Positions 12,311 to 22,746 of a DNA stretch of 64,000 nt are shown here, in pieces. The position numbers and the translations under genes are program-made. Position 1 is the first letter of the stretch. Each line of letters begins with the position of its first letter. Source of the DNA: Faecousia sp. (GTDB lineage: Bacteria > Bacillota > Clostridia > Oscillospirales > Oscillospiraceae); contig JAZQLG010000039.1 in the NCBI GenBank assembly GCA_045542575.1, positions 38,716-102,715 of the forward strand, read 5' to 3'. Below the pieces are notes generated by a model, which searched no databases, was not told the DNA's origin, and was given only the letters and a program-made list of their open reading frames with translations.

Positions 12311-14712
12311 AGCTTTTTCAAATGAGATGCTGCCGCATTTAGCATCAACTTTTTTGTCCCAATCTTGTCAAAAGCGATTTCCAGCATGGCATCGCCGCCC
12401 ATTTTCAGCACACTAAGCACCATTCCTTTGCCAAATGCGGTATGCTGCACCATATCGCCCTTATTGAGTAATATGGCAGGGGCTTTCGGTGCCGCTGCAC
12501 TGCTCGGCGCCGGTATTTTGGGTACATAGCCCACCTGTTTAGGTGGCGAATATCCATAATTGTCAGAATAACTGTACCGGGGAGCGGCAGAGTAAGCAGC
12601 GACAAAGCTCCCCTTCTTCACCGTCAGGTCTTCCGGAATTTCCTTCAAAAATCTGGACTGTATACCGGGAGTTGTCCGCCCATAAAGCATTCTCTGACGA
12701 GCATAAGAAATGGTGAGGTTTTTCTTTGCACGGGTAATGGCAACATAGCAAAGCCTCCGCTCCTCTTCCATTTCATCCCGATCGCCAATGGCTCTTGTTC
12801 CGGGAAACAAGCCGTCTTCAAAGCCAACCAGGAAAACATTTGGGAATTCCAAGCCCTTTGCTGAATGCATTGTCATCATAACGACCGCATCGTCAGAATC
12901 GTTATATTGCTCAATGTCCGTATAAAGAGCGATTTCTTCCAGGAAACCGGCAAGAGAAGGAACTTCAGCGTTCTGCAAATAGGACGCAATGCTTGATTTC
13001 AGTTCCTTCACATTCTCCAGCCGGGTTTTATTTTCTTCCGTCGGCTTGCTTTCCAGCATTTCAGCATAACCGGAACGAACAAGAACCCGGTCATAAAATT
13101 CGGTGAGGGACATTCCCTCTTCCAAAAGTGCAGCCAATTCCTCAATGATTGCAGTGAATGCAAGAAATTTTCCTGCAGTTTTCTCTAATGGGCCATATGA
13201 GTAAGGATCGTTAATTACTTTATAAAGGCCACAGCCCTCCGCCTGTGCCATTCTCTGCGCCGTTTCCAATGCTTTCGGCCCAATTCCTCGGGGCGGATTG
13301 TTAATAATTCTCGTCAGCCGAAGGTCATCGTTTCGGTTATTGATAACACATAAATATGCCAGCATATCCTTCACTTCTGCCCGGTCAAAGAAGCGGGTGC
13401 CACCGATCACACGGTATGGAATACCGTTTCGTTTTAAGGCATATTCCAAAGCATTTGATTGAGCGTTGGTCCTATAGAGGATTGCGTTTGCTTTAAAGCC
13501 ATTTTTTCCGTGACCGCGCAGAATTTCGCCGGCAATATAATTTGCTTCTGCGCCTTCATCTGCAGCCTCGTAGACGGTAATCGGGCTTCCAACGCCATTG
13601 TTCGTCCAGAGGCTCTTCCCTTTTCTTCCAATATTGTGGGAAATAACTTCATTGGCAGCATTCAAAATTGATTGTGTAGAACGGTAGTTTTGCTCCAGGC
13701 GAATAACCTTTGCGCCACGGTACTGCTTTTCGAAGTCCAAAATATTTTCTATAGTGGCACCACGGAAGCGATAAATGCTCTGATCATCGTCGCCTACTAC
13801 ACAGATGTTTTCGTGGTAGCCGGCCAGCATAGAGGTGAGCAAATACTGCATATGATTGGTGTCCTGGTACTCATCCACCAAAACATAGCGGAACTTTCTT
13901 TGATAAAAATGAAGGACATCTTCATGGGTTTGGAATAACTCAACTGTTTTAAAGATGATGTCGTCAAAATCCAAGGCATCATTTTCTTTGAGCTTCATCT
14001 GATAACGCTTGTAAGCCCGTGCCACATGGTAAAGACGCATATCATGGGTCGTCTTGATGTTATCCATCATTTCATCAGGGCCAACCATACGGTCCTTTTC
14101 CCTGCTGATTATAGAAAGGGCCATTTTGGCGGGGAATGTTTTGTCATCCAGGCCCATATCCTTGATGATCTCCTTCATGATACGCTCACTGTCTGCGGTA
14201 TCGTAAATCGTAAAGGATGTGGAATAACCGAGCTTATCGATATCCCTGCGAAGGATCCGGCAGCAGGCGCTGTGGAAGGTCATTGCCCAAACATTTTGCC
14301 CCTCATCCCCCAAGATACTGCAAAGCCGCTCCTTCAATTCATTGGCGGCTTTATTCGTAAAGGTAATGGCAATTATGTTCCAGGGGGCTACAGGCTCCAC
14401 ACCGCATAGATAATCAGCCCTGGCTTTTTCGCTGGATGCCGCACCCGCGCTGATTCCTTCCAGGAACAAAACGTCCTCTTCCGTCACGGTATCCGGCACG
14501 AGCATACTGTCGCTGCCGCTGCCAAAACGGATCAAATTTGCAATTCTATTTATAAGGACAGTTGTCTTTCCGCTACCGGCGCCTGCCAGTAGCAGCAACG
14601 GTCCATCCGTGGTCATAACTGCCTTGCGCTGCTCAGGATTCAGGTTTTGAAACTGGCTTTCTATGTAGCGCCGTCTTGCAGCAATGAATCGGTTAATCCA
14701 AGTATCTGTCAT
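12304..14712 (-). CDS. pcrA: UvrD/PcrA SF1 DNA helicase
   Basis: AGAGSGKT, TFTNKAA, DEYQDTN, GDDDQSIY, HSAKGLEF, EERRLCYVAITRA and a C-terminal Tudor-like domain. Confidence 0.97.
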   Translation of the reverse strand: MTDTWINRFIAARRRYIESQFQNLNPEQRKAVMTTDGPLLLLAGAGSGKTTVLINRIANLIRFGSGSDSMLVPDTVTEEDVLFLEGISAGAASSEKARADYLCGVEPVAPWNIIAITFTNKAANELKERLCSILGDEGQNVWAMTFHSACCRILRRDIDKLGYSTSFTIYDTADSERIMKEIIKDMGLDDKTFPAKMALSIISREKDRMVGPDEMMDNIKTTHDMRLYHVARAYKRYQMKLKENDALDFDDIIFKTVELFQTHEDVLHFYQRKFRYVLVDEYQDTNHMQYLLTSMLAGYHENICVVGDDDQSIYRFRGATIENILDFEKQYRGAKVIRLEQNYRSTQSILNAANEVISHNIGRKGKSLWTNNGVGSPITVYEAADEGAEANYIAGEILRGHGKNGFKANAILYRTNAQSNALEYALKRNGIPYRVIGGTRFFDRAEVKDMLAYLCVINNRNDDLRLTRIINNPPRGIGPKALETAQRMAQAEGCGLYKVINDPYSYGPLEKTAGKFLAFTAIIEELAALLEEGMSLTEFYDRVLVRSGYAEMLESKPTEENKTRLENVKELKSSIASYLQNAEVPSLAGFLEEIALYTDIEQYNDSDDAVVMMTMHSAKGLEFPNVFLVGFEDGLFPGTRAIGDRDEMEEERRLCYVAITRAKKNLTISYARQRMLYGRTTPGIQSRFLKEIPEDLTVKKGSFVAAYSAAPRYSYSDNYGYSPPKQVGYVPKIPAPSSAAAPKAPAILLNKGDMVQHTAFGKGMVLSVLKMGGDAMLEIAFDKIGTKKLMLNAAASHLKKLS

Positions 14713-14773
14713 AGTGCACCTACTGTATAATTGATACTTTTATTTTAACCGATTTTCTTCCAAAGGTAAAGGG

Positions 14774-15487
14774 CTAATATCCGGAATTTAAGGATTCTTT
14801 TAATCGTGTCAAAGCCTTCTTCTCGATGCGCGATACCTGAACCTGACTGACCTTTAACACCGATGCAATTTGCGCCTGTGTAAGTCCGTGATAATAACGC
14901 ATCTTAATAACGATCCCCTCTCGTTCAGGTAAGCAATTGACAGCATCCTGTAAGGAAATCTGCTCAAGCAGTACATCCTCTGTTTTAGGGTCAGCCAGCA
15001 CTTTTTCAAGGGTAAAACCATCTTCTCCAATTATTCCCTGCATAGATTCTGTTGCAGCTGTAGCATTTTCAGCCTCTGCAATGTCCTCCGGTGCAATGCC
15101 TGTAATTTCTGCAATCTCTGAAATTGATGGTTCGCGGCCCAATAAGCCGATCAACTTGTTTCTGGCAGCGCTAACGGTAAATGCGCGTTCCTTCAAAACC
15201 CGTGATACTTTTATGCTGCCGTCGTCCCGCAAAAAGCGTCTTATTTCACCTGAGATCTTAGGTACGGCATATGTTGAAAACTGTGTTCCGTATGATACGT
15301 CAAATCCGTCAACAGCCTTCAAAAAGCCAAGGCAGCCAAGCTGATACAAGTCATCTGTGTCCGTTCCTCTGCCAAAATACCTTTTGGCAATCGACCAAAT
15401 TAGGCCTGCGTTTTCTGTAAGTAGCTGCTCTTTAGCTGACTGGTCACCGGCCTGCGCCATTCGTATCAATTCTTCCGTTTGATTCAT
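14774..15487 (-). CDS. sigF: Forespore sigma factor SigF
   Basis: FSTYAVPKISGEIRRFLRDDG and SQVQVSRIEK; third gene of the spoIIA operon. Confidence 0.93.
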   Translation of the reverse strand: MNQTEELIRMAQAGDQSAKEQLLTENAGLIWSIAKRYFGRGTDTDDLYQLGCLGFLKAVDGFDVSYGTQFSTYAVPKISGEIRRFLRDDGSIKVSRVLKERAFTVSAARNKLIGLLGREPSISEIAEITGIAPEDIAEAENATAATESMQGIIGEDGFTLEKVLADPKTEDVLLEQISLQDAVNCLPEREGIVIKMRYYHGLTQAQIASVLKVSQVQVSRIEKKALTRLKESLNSGY

Positions 15488-15915
15488 TTTTTGCGTTGGA
15501 TCCTGCGGCGCATATGTACTGTGGTTCCCTTACCGACCTTGGAGGTTACCTGGAACTCAGTCATAAAGCTTTCCATAATCGTAAAGCCCATACCGCTTCT
15601 TTCGTCACCGCCGGTAGTATAGGTCGGTCTTTTAGCCTGCTCAAGATCTTCAATCCCAATTCCCTTATCTTTAATAACGATATCTAAAACACCGTCCTTT
15701 AAAATTCGGCAGCGCATCGTAATAGTGCCGTACCCCTGCGGATAGGCGTGAACAATACAATTTGTTACAGCTTCGGAAACAGCAGTGCGTATATCACCCA
15801 TCTCCTCCAAGGTTGGATCCAATTGGGCAGCGAAGGCCGCGACCGCGCTCCGAGCGAATCCTTCGTTTGTACTTTTGCTTGGAAATTCCAAGATCATATA
15901 GTTATCAAATTTCAT
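15484..15915 (-). CDS. spoIIAB: Anti-sigma F factor
   Basis: AVSEAVTNCIVHAY and ERSGMGFTIMESFM. Confidence 0.97.
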   Translation of the reverse strand: MKFDNYMILEFPSKSTNEGFARSAVAAFAAQLDPTLEEMGDIRTAVSEAVTNCIVHAYPQGYGTITMRCRILKDGVLDIVIKDKGIGIEDLEQAKRPTYTTGGDERSGMGFTIMESFMTEFQVTSKVGKGTTVHMRRRIQRKK

Positions 15916-16229
15916 AAAACCTTCTCCTTCATTTCCACTAATTTATCAAGCCCAGCCGTACGAAATACCTTTCGTGGCTGATTCTGTATCCCCGCTAATA
16001 TTAACTTACCTTCAATTTTGTTCATTTGCCGCAAAGCATTGATCACAACCGCAATACCCGAGGAATCCATAAAGGTTACATCCTCAAAATCCAACACACA
16101 GATATGAGGGTTGTACGCCTCTATTTTCGCTGAAACGGTCTGTATATACTGCTTTGCTTTGTGGTGGTCTATTTCTCCTTTCAGGATGATCGTTAATCTT
16201 TCATCCTGGAGAAAACTTGTTAATTGCAT
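15912..16229 (-). CDS. spoIIAA: Anti-anti-sigma F factor (STAS domain)
   Basis: GEIDHH and FMDSSGI motifs; AGGAGG RBS before ATG at 16229. Confidence 0.95.
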   Translation of the reverse strand: MQLTSFLQDERLTIILKGEIDHHKAKQYIQTVSAKIEAYNPHICVLDFEDVTFMDSSGIAVVINALRQMNKIEGKLILAGIQNQPRKVFRTAGLDKLVEMKEKVL

Positions 16230-16259
16230 CTTTGCTCCTCCTTTCGTATTTGCAATATT

Positions 16260-16294
16260 AGTATAAAAAACATGAGTTACACTTTGCTGTCGTA
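16260..16294 (-). promoter_or_regulatory. Putative Spo0A-activated promoter of the spoIIA operon
   Basis: TATACT -10 lies 22 nt from a 0A-like box (TGTCGTA on the plus strand, one mismatch to TGNCGAA). Confidence 0.45.
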
Positions 16295-16303
16295 ATGAGT
16301 AAC

Positions 16304-16341
16304 AAAAATAGCGTGCAAACGAAATCGTTTGCACGCTATTC
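16304..16341 (-). terminator. valS terminator
   Basis: AATAGCGTGCAAAC/GTTTGCACGCTATT inverted repeat with a minus-strand T-run. Confidence 0.85.
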
Positions 16342-16354
16342 TGATCATTAGGAT

Positions 16355-18994
16355 TTACAGCTTTCGAAGAGCGTCTGCGCTCTCTTCCAATTGGATGATC
16401 AAATCTTTTGCTTTTGCAGCTTTTTCTCTCTCTGCATCAACAACAGCCTGGGGCGCTCTTGCAACAAAGTTCTCATTGGAGAGCTTGCCTTCCAGCATGG
16501 CAAGATTCTTTCTTGCCTTCTCCAGTTCCTTGTCAATGCGTTCCAGTTCCTTTGTAACATCAACAAGCTCACCCATAGGGATATAGAGCTTTGCATCTGC
16601 AGTAGTACAGCAGACCATGCCATCGATATTCTCAGGTTCCTTTTCGAGAATGGTCACACTTTCCGCATAGGCAAGCCGCTGAATAAAGCCTTCGCCTTCC
16701 TTATACATATGGGCTTTAGAAGACAGTACAAAGAGGGCAGCCTTTTTGGAAGGCGGTACGTTCATTTCCGCTCTTCTATTCCGGATCGCACGAATGGCAT
16801 CCATAACAGACTCCATTTCAGCTTCTTCCTTGCCAAACTGGAGTTCCTCCTTGAATTCCGGCCACTTTGCCACGATCAGTGCTTCCTCATCGTGGGGCAG
16901 ACTCTGCCAAATTTCCTCTGTAATAAAGGGCATAAAGGGATGCAGCAGACGAAGTGTCTGATCCAGCACATACACCAGTACCTGAAGAGCAGTATTCTTC
17001 TGTGCTTCATCATCACTGTACAGTCTTGCCTTGGTCAGCTCGATATACCAGTCACAATAGGTATCCCACAGGAAGTCGTAGATCTTCGAAATGGCAACAC
17101 CCAATTCGTACTTATCCAGGTTGTCAGTAACCTCCCGAATGAGGTTATTGAGCTTGGAGAGGACCCACTTGTCTGCAGCAGTCAGAAGATTTGCGGCAGG
17201 AAGTGCATTGATAGCATCTTCCTTCAGATTCATCAGTACATAACGGCTTGCATTCCAGAGTTTATTGGCAAAGTTCCGCATTGCCTCACACCGTTCCACA
17301 TAGAAGCGCATATCGTTTCCGGGAGAGTTGCCTGTGATCATATTCATACGAAGGGCATCGCAGCCGTATTTTTCGATCATTTCCAGAGGATCAATGCCGT
17401 TGCCCAGGCTCTTGGACATCTTCCGGCCCTTGTCATCACGGACAAGTCCGTGGATCAGGACAGTGTGGAAGGGCGTCTTTTTCATATGCTCACAACCGGA
17501 GAAAATCATTCTGGCGACCCAGAAGAAAATGATGTCATAACCGGTAACAAGCACATCCGTGGGATAGAAATACTCCAAATCCTCGGTGTCTTCAGGCCAG
17601 CCGAGAGTCTCAAAGGGCCACAGTGCAGAAGAGAACCAGGTATCAAGCACATCGGGATCTCTTTCAATATTGGTGCTTCCACACTTTTCACAGCAGGTTG
17701 CATCCTCTCTGGAAACAGTCAGGTGTCCGCAATCTGCACAGGTCCAGGCGGGAATCTGGTGGCCCCACCAAAGCTGACGGGAAATACACCAGTCACGGAC
17801 ATTTTCCATCCAGTTCAGATATGTCTTGCTAAAGCGCTCGGGAACGAATTTGGTTTCCCATTCCTTAACGACACGGATGGCTTCTTCCGCAAGAGGCTTC
17901 ATCTTAACAAACCATTGGGCAGAAATGATAGGTTCCACATCGTTATGGCAGCGATAGCAGGTACCGACATTATGGCCGTGCTCCTCGACCTTTACAAGAT
18001 ACCCCTGTGCTTCCAGGTCGGAAACGATCTGCTTTCTGGCTTCATTGCGGTCCAATCCTTCATACTTTCCGCCGTAGGAATTTACAACACCATTATCGTC
18101 GAGCACACGAATGACTTCCAGATTATGGCGCAGGCCCACTTCAAAGTCGTTGGGGTCATGGGCAGGGGTCATCTTAACACAACCGGTGCCGAAATCCATT
18201 TCTGCGTAACTGTCAGGAACAACGGGAATTTCTTTATTTACCAGGGGAAGAATAACCTTCTTGCCTACAATATGGGTGTAGCGGGTATCCTCCGGATTAA
18301 CGCAAACGCCGGTATCGCCCAGCATCGTTTCAGGCCGGGTGGTTGCAACCACCACTTCCCCACTGCCGTCTGCTAAGGGGTAGCGGATATGCCACAGATG
18401 GCCGGGCTTATCCACATACTCGACCTCCGCATCGGAAAGTGCTGTAACACAATTAGGACACCAGTTGATAATACGGCTTCCCTTATAAATCAGATCCTTT
18501 TCATAGAGAGAGACGAACACTTCCCTGACTGCTTTGGAGCAACCCTCGTCCATCGTAAACCGGGCACGGTCCCAATCACAGGAAGCGCCTAATTTCTTCT
18601 GCTGCTGCACGATGCGGTTTCCGTACTTATGCTTCCAGCCCCAAACACGCTCAAGGAATTTCTCACGGCCCAAATCGTAGCGGGTCAGCCCTTCCTTGCG
18701 AAGCTCCTCCTCTACCTTGATTTGAGTAGCGATGCCTGCGTGGTCAACACCGGGAAGCCAGAGAGCATTATAGCCCTGCATACGCTTATAGCGAATCAAA
18801 GTATCCTGCAAGGTTGCATCCATTGCGTGGCCCATATGCAGCTGTCCGGTTACATTGGGAGGGGGCATTACAATGGTAAAAGGCTTGGCATCCCGACCCT
18901 TTTTGGGCTTAAAGTGACCGCCTTTTTCCCACATTTCATAAATTTCCTGTTCTACCTGTTGAGGTTCATACACCTTAGGAAGTTCCTTTAACAT
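16355..18994 (-). CDS. valS: Valyl-tRNA synthetase
   Basis: [13 protein letters not shown] (HIGH), KMSKS, C-terminal coiled coil; GAAAGGAG RBS. Confidence 0.99.
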   Translation of the reverse strand: MLKELPKVYEPQQVEQEIYEMWEKGGHFKPKKGRDAKPFTIVMPPPNVTGQLHMGHAMDATLQDTLIRYKRMQGYNALWLPGVDHAGIATQIKVEEELRKEGLTRYDLGREKFLERVWGWKHKYGNRIVQQQKKLGASCDWDRARFTMDEGCSKAVREVFVSLYEKDLIYKGSRIINWCPNCVTALSDAEVEYVDKPGHLWHIRYPLADGSGEVVVATTRPETMLGDTGVCVNPEDTRYTHIVGKKVILPLVNKEIPVVPDSYAEMDFGTGCVKMTPAHDPNDFEVGLRHNLEVIRVLDDNGVVNSYGGKYEGLDRNEARKQIVSDLEAQGYLVKVEEHGHNVGTCYRCHNDVEPIISAQWFVKMKPLAEEAIRVVKEWETKFVPERFSKTYLNWMENVRDWCISRQLWWGHQIPAWTCADCGHLTVSREDATCCEKCGSTNIERDPDVLDTWFSSALWPFETLGWPEDTEDLEYFYPTDVLVTGYDIIFFWVARMIFSGCEHMKKTPFHTVLIHGLVRDDKGRKMSKSLGNGIDPLEMIEKYGCDALRMNMITGNSPGNDMRFYVERCEAMRNFANKLWNASRYVLMNLKEDAINALPAANLLTAADKWVLSKLNNLIREVTDNLDKYELGVAISKIYDFLWDTYCDWYIELTKARLYSDDEAQKNTALQVLVYVLDQTLRLLHPFMPFITEEIWQSLPHDEEALIVAKWPEFKEELQFGKEEAEMESVMDAIRAIRNRRAEMNVPPSKKAALFVLSSKAHMYKEGEGFIQRLAYAESVTILEKEPENIDGMVCCTTADAKLYIPMGELVDVTKELERIDKELEKARKNLAMLEGKLSNENFVARAPQAVVDAEREKAAKAKDLIIQLEESADALRKL

Positions 18995-19014
18995 ATGAAG
19001 ATCTCCTTTCCAAA

Positions 19015-19240
19015 ATAAAAAACGCCCCGAGCATAAGCTCAGGGCGGAATATACACTCCGTGGTACCACCTGAATTCCCAAAATGGGCACTCAAAAGCTG
19101 TAACGGGCATACCCGAGCCTTCCTACTGCTTTCAAAAGACCTGCTCCGGGGCGACAATTTACCTCAATCCTGTATGCTTGCACCAACCGCATACTCTCTG
19201 AAAGGAACAGATAGGTAAAAACTCCCCTTCTGCGCATTTA
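19015..19240 (-). promoter_or_regulatory. T-box riboswitch (Val)
   Basis: Stem I AGAGA and GGTGCAA loops, specifier GTC (19153-19155), T-box AATTCAGGTGGTACCACGG, then a terminator with a T-run. Confidence 0.93.
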
Positions 19241-19356
19241 ACGTACTAAAAGTATCACAAATTGTCTATAATGTCAACAAAATTCTAATCATGATCCCAT
19301 CTTGACTATACAAAAAAACATTATATAATATACGAAAGAACAGGAGGTATTCGCGA

Positions 19357-20289
19357 ATGAAACTTTCCTTGGTTGTACCCTGCTACAATGAAGCAGAAAA
19401 TGTCAGTCCCTTTCAGGAAGCGGTAATCGAAGCATTTTCCGATTGCGGCTATACTTACGAAATTGTATTCGTTGACGACGGCAGCCGCGATGCTACGCTC
19501 CACAACCTTAAAAAGCTTTATAAAGCACAGCTGTGCCCTGTTAGAATCATTAGCTTATCCCGAAACTTTGGCAAAGAATCCGCTATTTATGCCGGATTGC
19601 AGAATACAAAGGGTGACTATGTTTGCGTTATTGATGGCGACCTGCAGCAAAGGCCGGAGATTGTCCGCCAAATGGTTTCCATTTTGGAAGAAAAACCTGA
19701 ATATGATGTGGTAGCTGCCTATCAGGACGGCAGAAAAGAAAACAAGCTGATTTCGTTCTTTAAAAAGAGCTTTTACCGTATAATAAACCGTCTTGCAAGC
19801 GTTGATCTGAAGCACGATGCCAGTGATTTTCGCACTATGCGCCGCAGTGTTGTTGAAAGCATACTGTCACTGGGCGAATTTCACCGATTTTCTAAGGGTC
19901 TCTTTGCCTGGGTCGGCTTTGACACCTGCTTTATCCCCTATCAAGTCTGCAAACGAAACGCCGGAAAAAGCAAATGGGGTTTCCGCAAGCTTATGAACTA
20001 TGCCATTGACGGAATGATCGGTTATACAACAAAGCCGTTGAAAATGGCCACATTCTTTGGTATTATGACCGCATTTGCAGCGCTTGCGTACCTTGTTTTC
20101 GTTGTGCTTCAGAAGTTGATCGCCGGAATCGCAATACCCGGTTATGCAACAATTATTGTTCTCATCCTGTTTCTTGGCGGAATGCAGCTTCTATGTATCG
20201 GTGTCATCGGTGAGTATGTTGGCCGGACATTTGAACAAACGAAGCAGCGCCCTATTTATATTGCAAAGGAAGTTCTTGATTACGAATAA
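19357..20289 (+). CDS. GT2 polyprenol-phosphate glycosyltransferase (GtrB/YkoT-like)
   Basis: VVPCYNE, DDGSRD, SRNFGKE, DGDLQ and two C-terminal TM segments. Confidence 0.92.
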   Translation: MKLSLVVPCYNEAENVSPFQEAVIEAFSDCGYTYEIVFVDDGSRDATLHNLKKLYKAQLCPVRIISLSRNFGKESAIYAGLQNTKGDYVCVIDGDLQQRPEIVRQMVSILEEKPEYDVVAAYQDGRKENKLISFFKKSFYRIINRLASVDLKHDASDFRTMRRSVVESILSLGEFHRFSKGLFAWVGFDTCFIPYQVCKRNAGKSKWGFRKLMNYAIDGMIGYTTKPLKMATFFGIMTAFAALAYLVFVVLQKLIAGIAIPGYATIIVLILFLGGMQLLCIGVIGEYVGRTFEQTKQRPIYIAKEVLDYE

Positions 20290-20290
20290 T

Positions 20291-20322
20291 AAGAGGATGG
20301 CAAAGGCCATCCTCTTGTTTTA
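20291..20322. terminator. Terminator between convergent genes
   Basis: AAGAGGATGGC-AAAG-GCCATCCTCTT-GTTTT. Confidence 0.75.
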
Positions 20323-20880
20323 TAATTTCGCATGAACTTCCTTTAATTTCTTCCGAATCGACAAAAGATCCTCAAAGGTATCCGGCCGCTTGTAGACATC
20401 CCGTAAAAGTGCTGACGGATGAAACATAGCCATATGCCACACTCCGTCGATGCACATCCAGTCGCCGTGAGTCAATGTGATCTTAATATTGGGATCCATA
20501 ATCCGCTTCGCTGCTATTCGTCCAAGACAAACAACGATCTTTGGGTTGATAATGCGGATCTGTTCACGCAGATACCCGATACAAGCATCCTGTTCATCTT
20601 CTTCCGGATCTCTGTTCATTGGTGGGCGGCATTTTACGATATTTGCAATATAAACCTTGCTTCTGTCCAAGTCAATGATAGAAAGCATATCGTCCAACAG
20701 CTTCCCCGCAGCCCCAACAAAGGGCTGACCCTGCAGATCCTCTTGTTCACCCGGTCCCTCGCCGATAAACATAATGTCTGCATCAGGCTTGCCAACGCCG
20801 AACACAAGGTTCGTGCGGCTATGGCAAAGCCTGCACTTATTACAGGAAGTGCATTTCTTCTCCAGTTCCTGCAGGTCCAT
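20320..20880 (-). CDS. Uracil-DNA glycosylase, family 4 (Fe-S)
   Basis: CxxCxLC, GEGPG, VKCRPP, HPSALL. Confidence 0.95.
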   Translation of the reverse strand: MDLQELEKKCTSCNKCRLCHSRTNLVFGVGKPDADIMFIGEGPGEQEDLQGQPFVGAAGKLLDDMLSIIDLDRSKVYIANIVKCRPPMNRDPEEDEQDACIGYLREQIRIINPKIVVCLGRIAAKRIMDPNIKITLTHGDWMCIDGVWHMAMFHPSALLRDVYKRPDTFEDLLSIRKKLKEVHAKL

Positions 20881-22271
20881 TATACTCGTCTCCTCCTGCG
20901 CCGTTTTCTTCCTACAATTTTTCTGAATGTTCTGCTATATCGAAGAAGGAGCAGCACCACAATGAACACTGCAGCAAATATTGCCAAAATAACACCGGCA
21001 CGCACACCGTCTTTGGGTTCATCTTCTCTGTCAGCAATTACATCCTCTTCCAGAACGCCAACTTTATTAAGAGCATAAATAGGGGCGCTGACAACGCAGT
21101 TCGAACCGTAATATACATTCACGATGCCATAAGGGGTATCCATCTCAACAGGGGCAGCCAGCGCACCGGTTTCCTGGAAGATGTAGCGAAGATCGTCAGC
21201 ACCAATGTTGTTGGGCAAAACAGTTTTGTAGGACTCTTTCACACCGATAAACAGATCTGCATCTGCATTTGCCAGAGGATACTGCTTTAAAACCTGACCA
21301 GGATAGAACACCTGGACGGATCGAAGGGATTGAAAGCCCTTGTCCAGCAAAGCAGATGTTTCGGGGAATCCGCCGAATTTACTGATCGAGCCGTTGGAAT
21401 CGCGGCTGTCTTTACAGCCCATTACAACGCTGATCAGGTTCATTTGTCCTTTTTGCGCTGTTGCTGCAACACAGCGTCTGTTGTCATTGTCAACGCCTGT
21501 TCGTCCGCCCGTTACTCTTGAATCATAATATATGCTCATTACAGAACGGCTTATCAGATGATTGTTGGTTTTAAGACTCCTGGCGCTTCTGATATTTGTT
21601 TCAGGCACTGTGTATTCCTTGGCTTCAATAAGCATTCTGAATGTTTCATTCTTAATGGCATAATTGAGAACCTTGGCGGCATCTCTGGCGGTTGTGTATT
21701 GGTTCTTGTCGTGCAAGCCGTGAGGGTTCGTAAAATTAGTGGATGTACAGCCAATAGAGGCCGCAAACGCATTCATTCGTTGAACAAACTTTTCAATCGA
21801 GCCATCGATATGAACGGCAATTACGGCGGATGCATCATTGCCGGAGCCAACAAGCATGCAGTAAAGAAGATCTAAAAGGGTCATTTCCTCATCAGCCTGG
21901 ATTCCCACAGAAACAGCATCCCAAGGAATGGTGCTCAGCGCGCCTTCGTCAGCTACCACAATTTCCTCCAGATCACCTTGTTCAATCGCAATAATGGCCG
22001 TAACAAGTTTTGTAAGGCTGGAGGGAGACATCATAAGGTCGGGATTCCAGGCAAACAACAAGGTATCACTATTGGTTTCATATAAAATTGCAGATTCCGT
22101 GTTGTCGAATGCTCCGGAACCCAAAAGCGGATTAGCGCCATCGAGAGTATGACAACCGTTTGTCACAGAATAGTCATCTGCCTGATCCGCAAAAACAATG
22201 GCAGGACTGCACAGCAGTATAGCAGCAAGCAGCAAGCAAAGCCATTTGCCAAAGCCTTTCATATTTTTCAT
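20880..22271 (-). CDS. D-alanyl-D-alanine carboxypeptidase (S11) with C-terminal anchor
   Basis: Signal peptide, SLTK (SxxK), SGN, RTG in place of KTG, C-terminal TM and poly-Arg tail. Confidence 0.9.
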   Translation of the reverse strand: MKNMKGFGKWLCLLLAAILLCSPAIVFADQADDYSVTNGCHTLDGANPLLGSGAFDNTESAILYETNSDTLLFAWNPDLMMSPSSLTKLVTAIIAIEQGDLEEIVVADEGALSTIPWDAVSVGIQADEEMTLLDLLYCMLVGSGNDASAVIAVHIDGSIEKFVQRMNAFAASIGCTSTNFTNPHGLHDKNQYTTARDAAKVLNYAIKNETFRMLIEAKEYTVPETNIRSARSLKTNNHLISRSVMSIYYDSRVTGGRTGVDNDNRRCVAATAQKGQMNLISVVMGCKDSRDSNGSISKFGGFPETSALLDKGFQSLRSVQVFYPGQVLKQYPLANADADLFIGVKESYKTVLPNNIGADDLRYIFQETGALAAPVEMDTPYGIVNVYYGSNCVVSAPIYALNKVGVLEEDVIADREDEPKDGVRAGVILAIFAAVFIVVLLLLRYSRTFRKIVGRKRRRRRRV

Positions 22272-22382
22272 ATTTCCACTCCAAATAAAACGGTAACACT
22301 TGTACAAAAGAAAAACATCGTGTATAATCAGAGTGTATTATATCATTCTTTGGAACGGTAGTCAATCCGGGAGGTGGTCTCT

Positions 22383-22745
22383 TTGAAAAAATCTCCACAC
22401 CCAATCATAATTCTAACAATCGTATTTATAAGCCTTGTTGCAGGCGTATTCATTGGCAGAAGCACCGCCGGGGTAAATGTTACTCTAACACCTTCGTCGG
22501 ACAACGATCCCGGAACTACTGTCCAATCACAAGGCAGTGATGAGATCGGCAAAGTCAACATCAACACTGCTGATATAAACGAGCTTACTCTTCTGCCCGG
22601 CATCGGTCAAACAAAGGCTGAGAGTATTATTATATTCCGGGAAAACTATGGAAGATTTACACGCATCGAAGACTTAATCTATGTGGATGGCTTTAGCTAC
22701 ACAACCATTGAAGAACTAAGACCCTATATTACAACTGGAGGCTAA
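22383..22745 (+). CDS. comEA: ComEA-like helix-hairpin-helix DNA-binding protein
   Basis: N-terminal TM and KVNINTA..LTLLPGIG..KA; TTG start after GGAGGTG. Confidence 0.8.
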   Translation: MKKSPHPIIILTIVFISLVAGVFIGRSTAGVNVTLTPSSDNDPGTTVQSQGSDEIGKVNINTADINELTLLPGIGQTKAESIIIFRENYGRFTRIEDLIYVDGFSYTTIEELRPYITTGG

Positions 22746-22746
22746 T

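Noticed and set aside
16391-18376. 661-aa ORF antisense to valS (similar long antisense ORFs lie over era, pheS, pheT, aroE-aroQ and cysS)
   Set aside because: It is codon-aligned opposite a conserved gene and has no evident RBS or recognisable motif; biased sense-strand codon usage explains the lack of stops.
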